From an uncultured Bacteroidota bacterium (GTDB lineage Bacteria; Bacteroidota; Bacteroidia; Bacteroidales; DTGW01): 53,993 bases of DNA. A model generated the notes under the pieces. The model ran no database searches and had not been told where the DNA came from. It saw only the letters and a list, made by a program, of their open reading frames with translations. This document shows, piece after piece, positions 1 to 7,131 of this stretch (position 1 is its first letter; each line of letters begins with the position of its first letter). The stretch covers positions 1 through 53,993 of the forward strand of contig CAVSGB010000263.1 of assembly GCA_963726845.1 (NCBI GenBank), given 5' to 3'. The translations under genes were made by a program, and so were the position numbers.

Positions 1-4
1 AATT

Positions 5-1662
5 AGTGTCTGTCCATAAAGTCAACCATTTTCATTTTTCTAATCAAGGGTTTTGATGTTTTTTCTAATTTCCGCTTAGGAATTTATTATCAAAATTGGT
101 TTTAATTTTGATTTTAGTAATTTATAGCTCAAAATTAGCAATTTTGCTTAAAAATGAATGCGTCAGCACATACGTATCCCAATAAATATTTGAATGTTTT
201 CATTTCTATACTTTTATTGTTTGCAACTTGTATTTGTCTAAAAACAAAGCTGTTAACACCCTAAAATTATATGCAATAGCACTCCAGATTATTTTCGACT
301 CGAAATGAGGAAATCCTTTCCAATTGCATGTTGCAATATTAAAGCCTCGTTTCCAGTTCGATATATTGGCTTCTATGCCGCTTCGCCATTTTTTTAGTTG
401 TGTTTCAAGCTTTTTGCTGGATGTTGTATTTTGCAAACTCCCTACTATTTTATTGAATACTATGTTCGCAATGCCCTTATTTTTGCTGAAATTTAAATTA
501 TCTGTACAAGCATAGCCACCATCGGTAGCAATGTCTCTTGGGATTTTCTCGTAATTGGTTTCAACTCTGTTAATTGTTGGTTGATATAATTGTTTATCCG
601 ATGGATTGCCCAATAACGTCTGAATATCAAGTATTAGGTTGCTTCTTCCTGTAGCCAAATTAACTTTGTGCCCAAAGATAACATCACGACTTCCTTTGAC
701 TATTATGTCTGTATGACGTTCAAATATCGAAAATATTTTATCACAGTTCGGTACTGCCTCACCCTTAATCTCTTTGCGATTAGTAATATCATATACTTGT
801 AACAGAGTGTCAATCAATTCATAAAGTTGGGCTTGAATTGCGGTTCCTATCAAAGTCTTTGCTTTTTTTTTAAGAACATTTGATAATTGGTTGATAGTTT
901 TTGAAAAGATAATAAGTTGTTTCTGGAATAACACCAACCGTTTATCATCCGATTTTGTAACATTTATTTTAAAGTACAGCTTTTTCGCTCCCTGTATGTA
1001 GTTGAAATAGTGTACATCTTCTTCCTCTTTTTTTAAAGCTTCTAATAATTGATGGGTTTGTTTAATGCAATCCCATACCAATGCATTATTTGTTGGGTAA
1101 TGTATGTTTGTTTTTACTGTAGTTGAATCTTGACGCAATTTGGAAACATCTTCAAAACCTTCTGAAATAGCTATCTTATTAATGGCTACAAGCAGCTCAT
1201 GTAATGAGGTTGCTGTTATCTTTGAAATATATTTCTGTAATACCTGAAAGCTAAACGGTTCTCTGTCATCGAGCTTAATAAATGTAGAACAGATACGAGA
1301 ATCTTTTTGTGCAAACTCAAGTTCTCTATAATCTAATCCTTTCATTTCTTTAAAAATAGCTGAACGAACAATTTGCTCTACTGTTGGAACATCTTTTCGA
1401 CCAAAATTGCTTTCTTTTTCATTCTTAACAATGTCATTTTTTACTATTTTAATAATATCAGGGTGGGATTCCAATACCGTGTCGATAAGCCCAAATTCAG
1501 GACTTGAAGCCCAATCAGCCTTATTAAACCGCAGCACCCATTCATTAAATATTTTCATAATCAAAATTCTTGTTGTTATGTCAACAAGATACTAATAAAT
1601 TCTTAATTTTGCCCCTTGAAAACCTTGTTTTTATTGATAATTCTATATTAAAGACAGACTCT
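5..1662 (-). mobile_element. IS5/ISNCY-like insertion sequence
   Basis: Imperfect TIRs: AGTGTCTGTCCATAA (5-19) vs reverse complement of right end AGAGTCTGTCTTTAA (1648-1662). AATT on both flanks (1-4, 1663-1666) as probable TSD. Encloses one DDE transposase. Confidence 0.8.
206..1558 (-). CDS. DDE transposase (IS5/ISNCY-type)
   Basis: Motifs DSTTVKTNIHYPT, FGHKVNL, ATDGGY and RSGIEANISNWKRGF (D-D-E). ATG at 1558. Confidence 0.88.
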   Translation of the reverse strand: MKIFNEWVLRFNKADWASSPEFGLIDTVLESHPDIIKIVKNDIVKNEKESNFGRKDVPTVEQIVRSAIFKEMKGLDYRELEFAQKDSRICSTFIKLDDREPFSFQVLQKYISKITATSLHELLVAINKIAISEGFEDVSKLRQDSTTVKTNIHYPTNNALVWDCIKQTHQLLEALKKEEEDVHYFNYIQGAKKLYFKINVTKSDDKRLVLFQKQLIIFSKTINQLSNVLKKKAKTLIGTAIQAQLYELIDTLLQVYDITNRKEIKGEAVPNCDKIFSIFERHTDIIVKGSRDVIFGHKVNLATGRSNLILDIQTLLGNPSDKQLYQPTINRVETNYEKIPRDIATDGGYACTDNLNFSKNKGIANIVFNKIVGSLQNTTSSKKLETQLKKWRSGIEANISNWKRGFNIATCNWKGFPHFESKIIWSAIAYNFRVLTALFLDKYKLQTIKV

Positions 1663-1663
1663 A

Positions 1664-1837
1664 ATTATATTCTTAATTCAAGTTTATGATATTTACATGA
1701 AAGACAAGTTGGATATATCTGCATTTATTAGTGGATTTCTTGTTTTAATAATGATTCAAGTAATATTTAATAAGGACTATAAAGATAATTCTAAACAAAA
1801 TTTAATTTATAGACTTCTGAAAAAATCAAAAAAATAA
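1664..1837 (+). pseudogene. 3' remnant of a small membrane-protein ORF interrupted by the IS
   Basis: Open frame starting at the IS right junction: IIFLIQVYDIYMKDKLDISAFISGFLVLIMIQVIFNK...KKSKK*. Hydrophobic. An internal ATG gives only a ~46-aa product. Confidence 0.4.
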
Positions 1838-1968
1838 TTCATAGTCCTGTTAAGTAAATTCACGATATTATAATACAATTATAAAATTTTGGATTTAGAT
1901 AAACTATAAGTATATAATTTGATTAAATTTAATTAGTATTTTTCAAAAGCTAAGAAAAATAAAATACA

Positions 1969-2105
1969 GCACCCAACATCGGCTCACAAACAATGCGGGG
2001 CGCGGCTTTTATGCAATTTTAGCTCTCGCGTGCAAGGTTTGTAATGTGGGATAATGACGCAGCCACGAACTCCCGCACTATTAGTAGCCGCAAGCGTTGG
2101 CAATA
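1969..2105 (+). repeat. attC-like recombination site / long hairpin repeat, copy 1
   Basis: Begins ACCCAAC (RYYYAAC) and ends GTTGGCAATA. Arms CGGCT(C)AC..TGCGGG / CCCGCA..GTAGCCG pair with one unpaired C. 22 bp identical to copy 2 (2069-2090 = 3041-3062). Confidence 0.72.
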
Positions 2106-2134
2106 ATGTAGAGAATTGTCACATAAAAAACTGA

Positions 2135-2164
2135 TTTGATTTATTTAAAATATTTCTAAATTTG
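2135..2164 (+). promoter_or_regulatory. Bacteroidota-type housekeeping promoter (-33 TTTG / -7 TAnnTTTG)
   Basis: TTTG at 2135-2138 and TAAATTTG at 2157-2164, just upstream of ATG 2169. Spacer of 18 nt is slightly short. Confidence 0.4.
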
Positions 2165-2168
2165 TTGC

Positions 2169-2336
2169 ATGTATAAAGATAAATTAATTACAGGAATAAA
2201 AATTACTCAACAGATGAGTAAAGCAAGGAATATTCTTAATAATCAAGTTATTCCAAGGGAAGAGTTGTTCCAGATTCGGAAAAAAGAAGGGAAACTAAGT
2301 CCTGAACTTATTAAAGCATTAAAAACTAATGCCTGA
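2169..2336 (+). CDS. Small 55-aa protein, putative antitoxin (not in ORF track)
   Basis: MYKDKLITGIKITQQMSKARNILNNQVIPREELFQIRKKEGKLSPELIKALKTNA*. Stop overlaps the start of the zeta-like gene. Confidence 0.6.
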   Translation: MYKDKLITGIKITQQMSKARNILNNQVIPREELFQIRKKEGKLSPELIKALKTNA

Positions 2337-2934
2337 TTTGATAATAATTGCTGGATGCAATGGTGCGGGTAAGTCAACATTTGCTTCTTCTTTTTTACCT
2401 GAGGGATTGAACTCTTTTGATTATGACAGAATATTTTTAGAGAATTATAATAGTTTTCCTGATAGTGAATTGAGAGAAGAATTTGCAAAAAACGAGACAT
2501 CAAAGTACTTTGAGCAATCTATTGACAAGGCATTGGTAAATAAAACAGATTTTTGCTTCGAAACAAATTTTGATGCACATCCATTATATTGGGCAGAAAA
2601 ATTTAGAAAGAATGGATTTCAAATTAATCTGATTTTTTTTTGTTTAGATAATCAGGAAGTAGCAAGACATAGAATCCAGGTACGTACTGAATTTAAAGGC
2701 CTTTTCGTTGATAACGAAACAATTGATTTAAAGTGGAAAGCCGGATATAAAAACACAAATCTTCATTTTCGATTTTTTGACAATATCCTGATTGTTGACA
2801 ATTCAAAACAAAATGAAACTTACACAAATATTCTACAGATTGAAAAAGGGAAAATTATTATGATGACTGATAATATACCAGATTATTTTGAACATCGACT
2901 TCCGGATATTTATAAACTTATTAAGACAAAATAA
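2329..2934 (+). CDS. Zeta-toxin-like P-loop kinase / AAA ATPase
   Basis: N-terminal IIIAGCNGAGKST Walker A, FETN and ARHRIQVR motifs typical of short zeta-toxin-family proteins. Confidence 0.8.
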   Translation: MPDLIIIAGCNGAGKSTFASSFLPEGLNSFDYDRIFLENYNSFPDSELREEFAKNETSKYFEQSIDKALVNKTDFCFETNFDAHPLYWAEKFRKNGFQINLIFFCLDNQEVARHRIQVRTEFKGLFVDNETIDLKWKAGYKNTNLHFRFFDNILIVDNSKQNETYTNILQIEKGKIIMMTDNIPDYFEHRLPDIYKLIKTK

Positions 2935-2939
2935 TGCAC

Positions 2940-3079
2940 TATTGCCAACAGCTGGCTCATACCCAATGCGGGTTTCAGAAGGTTTGCAAACGCAGTGGCA
3001 CGCGTGCACGGCATTACCAGCGGACAATGACGCGCCCCGCACTCCCGCACTATTAGTAGCCGGAGAACGTTGTACACAA
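2940..3079 (+). repeat. attC-like recombination site / long hairpin repeat, copy 2
   Basis: Starts 5 bp after the toxin stop with TATTGCCAAC, the exact reverse complement of GTTGGCAATA at 2096-2105. Same arms and unpaired C as copy 1. Ends GTTGTACACAA. Confidence 0.72.
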
Positions 3080-3367
3080 CCCTCTCTAGCCCAGAAACAG
3101 GATTCATTTCCACAGCTAACGGTGGTGCTTAGAACAGACTTTTATTTTAAATTTGAAGGCCCTATGCAAGGCCGATTTTTGAACTGGTGCGTCATAGCCC
3201 GGGTGCAATCCTGGTTAGAATGTGAAAAGCCCTTCTGATTTAGCAGAAAGGCTTTGAGATGATTTCAGTGGTGGTCACGCCTAAAGCGAGAACCCCGTTC
3301 ATAATATTATCACGTCAAAGATACATTCTCTTAGGGCATTTTTATTAACCAATTAAAAAATGTTTTT
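3080..3367 (+). ncRNA. Candidate IS110 bridge/seek RNA region
   Basis: Lies in the non-coding end of an IS110. More GC-rich than the surroundings, with several stem-loops (CCAC-agctaacg-GTGG; AAAGCC(C)TTCTG..CAGAAAGGCTTT). Expression is inferred only. Confidence 0.5.
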
Positions 3368-4711
3368 ATGACTAAGAAAAATGTATCAATGGAAGTAATC
3401 AACCCAAATGCAGCAGGGATTGATATTGGAAGCCGTTCACACTATGTAGCAATAGGGCAAGGCGATGAAGATGTAAAAGAATTTGGTGTTTATAATGAAG
3501 ATTTACAGGCACTTTCTCAATGGCTATTAGATAATGAAATTAAAACAGTAGCCATGGAAAGTACAGGTACTTATTGGCAAAATCTTTATGCCGTCCTTCA
3601 ATCATCGGGATTAGAAGTAATACTATGCAATGGTAAGTTCACAAAAAACATTAAGGGCAGAAAAAGCGATGTTCAGGACTGTCAATGGATACAGAAGCTT
3701 CACACGTTAGGGTTATTAAGCGGAAGTTTCTTGCCCGATGAAGCAACGGAACATTTAAGGACATACTGCCGCCACCGGTTTAATCTGTTGGAGCAAGCAG
3801 CAGACACTACCCGAAAAATGCAAAAATACTTACGCCTGCTAAATTTGCGATTAGATGTAGTGGTGAAAGATGTAACCGGTTTAACCGGTTTGTCAATTAT
3901 AGAAGCCATCTGCAAAGGAGAAATCAATCCAGGGACACTCGCCTCGCTAAGAAATGGGAACTGTAAAAAATCAGAAGCAGAAATAGCCAAAGCACTTCAA
4001 AACAATGGCAGGAAGGATTATTTATTTGCCCTTAAACACGAATATCAAATGTATTTGAACTTTCAGTCAAAAATAAAAGAGTGTGATGTAGAAATTGAAA
4101 AAATGCTCAATGAACAAATCAATATTGATGATAATAAAAAACAGCATTACATAGATAAAAAGGTTCACAAAAGGGTAAATAAAAATACCCCTAAAAACAT
4201 AGATATTAATTTATTGTCATACCAATATTTTGAAGGCGTTGATTTGCTCGCTATTGAAGGGGTGAGCTATTCAACTGTACTTACCCTTATAAGTGAGGTT
4301 GGGACAGGGATCCATAAATTTCAGTCAGCAAAACAATTTACCAGTTGGCTGAGGCTATCACCTAATAATAAAATTAGCGGTGGAAAAGTATTAAGCAACA
4401 GAATACCTAAAGGTAGCAATAGGCTGAAAATTGCCCTTAGAAACGCTGCAAATTCTATTGGAAATTTAAAAGACACTGCATTGTCGAATTTCTTCAAAAG
4501 AATTGCATTTAGAAAAGGCCGTGTATCTGCCATATCTGCAACAGCAAGAAAGTTGGCTATTATTATTTGGAATATGATAGTAAAAAGAGTTCCTTATAAA
4601 CCAGAAACCGAATACCAATTTCTGGATCAAAAAAGGAAGAAAATAACCCAGATGAAAAAACTAATCACTAAGTTTGATATTACAATTAATGATTTAAGTT
4701 TTCAGCTGTAA
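3368..4711 (+). CDS. IS110-family (DEDD) transposase/recombinase
   Basis: AGIDIGS, VAMESTGTYW and KSDVQDC (DEDD RuvC-like domain). C-terminal LSPNNKISGGKVL and ATARKLA (Transposase_20). Confidence 0.95.
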   Translation: MTKKNVSMEVINPNAAGIDIGSRSHYVAIGQGDEDVKEFGVYNEDLQALSQWLLDNEIKTVAMESTGTYWQNLYAVLQSSGLEVILCNGKFTKNIKGRKSDVQDCQWIQKLHTLGLLSGSFLPDEATEHLRTYCRHRFNLLEQAADTTRKMQKYLRLLNLRLDVVVKDVTGLTGLSIIEAICKGEINPGTLASLRNGNCKKSEAEIAKALQNNGRKDYLFALKHEYQMYLNFQSKIKECDVEIEKMLNEQINIDDNKKQHYIDKKVHKRVNKNTPKNIDINLLSYQYFEGVDLLAIEGVSYSTVLTLISEVGTGIHKFQSAKQFTSWLRLSPNNKISGGKVLSNRIPKGSNRLKIALRNAANSIGNLKDTALSNFFKRIAFRKGRVSAISATARKLAIIIWNMIVKRVPYKPETEYQFLDQKRKKITQMKKLITKFDITINDLSFQL

Positions 4712-4900
4712 ATCTGCAACTTATGAAAACGTTAGTCATAAGTGTAAAAATCGTGCAACTCGACAGATACGTGCAAAATTGAGAGACTGATAAGCGTAAT
4801 TTAGCTCTTTGATAGGTTGGTGCAAATTGGATGAATTTATTTTGTTTTTTTCTTCCCGCTTTTGCCCTTTTGGGGCAATTAGGACGAGTCAATAGCAACC

Positions 4901-4976
4901 CCAACCCACATTGCAGCACATTTGCAAGCCCACACAAGCCGACCCGCAGACCAAAGGCTTGCAAAAGAGCTGCAAT
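4901..4976 (+). repeat. Structured hairpin repeat family B, copy 1
   Basis: Stem TTGCAGC-ac-aTTTGCAAGCC ... GGCTTGCAAAa-ga-GCTGCAA. Loop CACAAGCC..AC..ACCAAA shared with 9645-9722. Confidence 0.65.
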
Positions 4977-5093
4977 TTTGCCGATGCACACAGTGCTGTT
5001 AATAACTTCCTGACAACAAATCAAAAATTTATTTTCCGAATTCAATCCATCTTTGTAATTTTGACAAAAAGATTCAAAACAAAAAGATTCAAA

Positions 5094-5399
5094 ATGGACA
5101 ACTTTGGGGATACCATCAGGAAGTTAAGGGAAGAAAAGGAATTGCCATTGCGGACAGTTGCTGCTTATCTTGACATTGACCAAGCTATTTTAAGTAAGAC
5201 AGAACGTGGACAACGTAAAGCGACACGGGAGCAAATTGTAAAACTTGCAGAGTTTTTTAAGGTGAAAGAAGATGATTTATTGATCGCGTGGCTTTCGGAT
5301 AAATTGGTTTATGAAGTGGCAGACGAACAAATTGCATTGAAAGCATTGCAGGTAGCAGAGGAGAAAGTAAAGTATATTAATAAAAATAAGAAAATATAA
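5094..5399 (+). CDS. XRE-family HTH regulator (possible R-M controller)
   Basis: MDNFGDTIRKLREEKELPLRTVAAYLDIDQAILSKTERGQRKATREQ is an HTH_3 signature. True start is probably ATG 5094. 4 bp upstream of mod. Confidence 0.85.
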   Translation: MDNFGDTIRKLREEKELPLRTVAAYLDIDQAILSKTERGQRKATREQIVKLAEFFKVKEDDLLIAWLSDKLVYEVADEQIALKALQVAEEKVKYINKNKKI

Positions 5400-5403
5400 A
5401 AAC

Positions 5404-7131
5404 ATGCCAGCACTCCATTTCAAAGGGAAAACATTTGTACAAAACCACCATTTGGCGGTTAAGTTTCATCAATTAGTGCCGAAAAAAGAATTGAGTTTAA
5501 CCGACAAAGTTTCATTGCACGATAACCTTATTATACAAGGAGACAATCTGAAAGCATTGAAGGCATTGCTTCCAACTTATGCCGGAAAGATTAATTGCAT
5601 TTTTATTGACCCTCCATATAATACGGGCAATGACATTGCTGAAGGTAAAGGTTGGATTTACAATGACAATGTAAACAGTCCAATGATAAAAGAATGGTTA
5701 GGTAAAGAGGTTAACCTAGAAGATTTAACAAGGCACGATAAATGGCTTTGTATGATGATGCCAAGATTAAAATTATTAAGAGAACTTTTACACGAAAATG
5801 GTGCAATATTCATTACACTTGATGACATTGAAATCCATAGATGTAAACTTTTGATGGATGAGATTTTCGGCGAGGAAAATATCGTTTCAAACATCGTATG
5901 GCAAGCAAGAAAATCCGTTCAGAATGATACTGATATAAGTTCTTCTCATAATCACGTTTTAGTTTATGCAAAAAATCGGAGACAAGAAGAAAGAAGATTG
6001 AAGAAAAGCAATGTTAAGAAATGGCATACAATGGATGGCTTTGTCTTTAATCCACTAGAATTGGACAAATCTAAATTTTCAAATCCCGATAAAGACCCAA
6101 GAGGATTATGGAAGGCTGACCCTTTTGATGCACCTGGTATTCGTAAAAACTTAGAATATGATATTGTAAATCCTAATACAGGTGAAGTTTACACACCACC
6201 AAAAGGAAGACATTGGGGAAACGAAGAGAAAAACTATTTAGCTTTCTTAAAAGACAATAGAATACTTTTTGGCAAATCTGGTAAAAGTGGACCGCAATTA
6301 AAAGTATTTTGGGATGAGAAAAAAGAGTTTGGCGAAATTGAAACAACTTGGTGGGGTGAGGGTGCAATGGAAACTTATATTGAGGATGGAATTGATGAAG
6401 AAACAGCAGAAAAGTTTACAAGCTATGGTACAACAACAAAGGGTTCTCAATTACTTCAAAAAATATTTAATGGTGAAAAGGTTTTTAATAACCCAAAACC
6501 GATAGAACTGCTTAAACACATACTTAAAATAGCAACAAAAAAGGATGCTATAATTCTTGACAGCTTTGCTGGCTCAGGAACTACTGCACACGCAGTTTTG
6601 GACTTAAACAAAGAAGATGAAGGCAATCGAAAATTTATTTTAGTAGAAATGGAAAATTACGCCAATTCCATTACGGCAGAGAGAGTTCGGAGAGTAATTA
6701 AAGGTGTAAAGACTGCAAAAGAAGATTTTTTGAAAAACGGATTAGCTGGCACGTTTAGTTATTTTGAGTTAGGTGAAACCATAGAAATGGAAAATTTGCT
6801 TAAAGGAAAAAACTTACCTTCATTTACAGAGTTTGCTCGCTATCTTTTTTACACAGCCACAGGCGAAGAATTCAACGAAAAATTAGTAAATGAAAAAACT
6901 GGTTTTATAGGTGAGAGCATAAATTATGAAGCATATCTATTTTACAAACCCGATTTGGAATGGTTGAAGAAAAACGCTTTGACATTAGAACTTTGCAAGT
7001 CATTACCTAAACATAATGGTAAACAGCGTTTAGTTTTCGCACCTGCAAAATATGTTGATGATATTACTTTGCTGGAACATAGAATTGACTTTTGCCAGTT
7101 ACCTTATGAAATTTACAGGATACAGAAATGA
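5404..7131 (+). CDS. mod: Type III R-M adenine methyltransferase (Mod)
   Basis: GDNLKALK, IFIDPPYNTG, PKPIELL and ILDSFAGSGTTAHAV motifs (beta-class N6 MTase). Overlaps res by 4 bp (ATGA). Confidence 0.92.
   Translation: MPALHFKGKTFVQNHHLAVKFHQLVPKKELSLTDKVSLHDNLIIQGDNLKALKALLPTYAGKINCIFIDPPYNTGNDIAEGKGWIYNDNVNSPMIKEWLGKEVNLEDLTRHDKWLCMMMPRLKLLRELLHENGAIFITLDDIEIHRCKLLMDEIFGEENIVSNIVWQARKSVQNDTDISSSHNHVLVYAKNRRQEERRLKKSNVKKWHTMDGFVFNPLELDKSKFSNPDKDPRGLWKADPFDAPGIRKNLEYDIVNPNTGEVYTPPKGRHWGNEEKNYLAFLKDNRILFGKSGKSGPQLKVFWDEKKEFGEIETTWWGEGAMETYIEDGIDEETAEKFTSYGTTTKGSQLLQKIFNGEKVFNNPKPIELLKHILKIATKKDAIILDSFAGSGTTAHAVLDLNKEDEGNRKFILVEMENYANSITAERVRRVIKGVKTAKEDFLKNGLAGTFSYFELGETIEMENLLKGKNLPSFTEFARYLFYTATGEEFNEKLVNEKTGFIGESINYEAYLFYKPDLEWLKKNALTLELCKSLPKHNGKQRLVFAPAKYVDDITLLEHRIDFCQLPYEIYRIQK

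Larger units (their letters stand above)
3080..4741 (+). mobile_element. IS110-family element with long upstream non-coding end
   Basis: IS110 transposase with ~290 bp of upstream non-coding DNA and no TIRs. Both junctions read AACGTT-N3-CA-N-AA (3066-3079, 4728-4741). Exact ends uncertain by ~10 bp. Confidence 0.7.

Noticed and set aside
1969-3079. CRISPR array interpretation of the repeats
   Set aside because: Only two ~135-bp imperfect copies separated by genes; no cas genes and no regular spacers.
2833-3238. Overlapping ORFs of 67-116 aa across repeat copy 2 and the IS110 end
   Set aside because: Open frames caused by GC-rich structured non-coding DNA; no protein-like features.
4686-5093. 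ORFs 4686-5045, 4831-5013 and the N-terminal extension of 4911-5399
   Set aside because: They run through the hairpin repeat; the HTH protein starts sensibly at ATG 5094.
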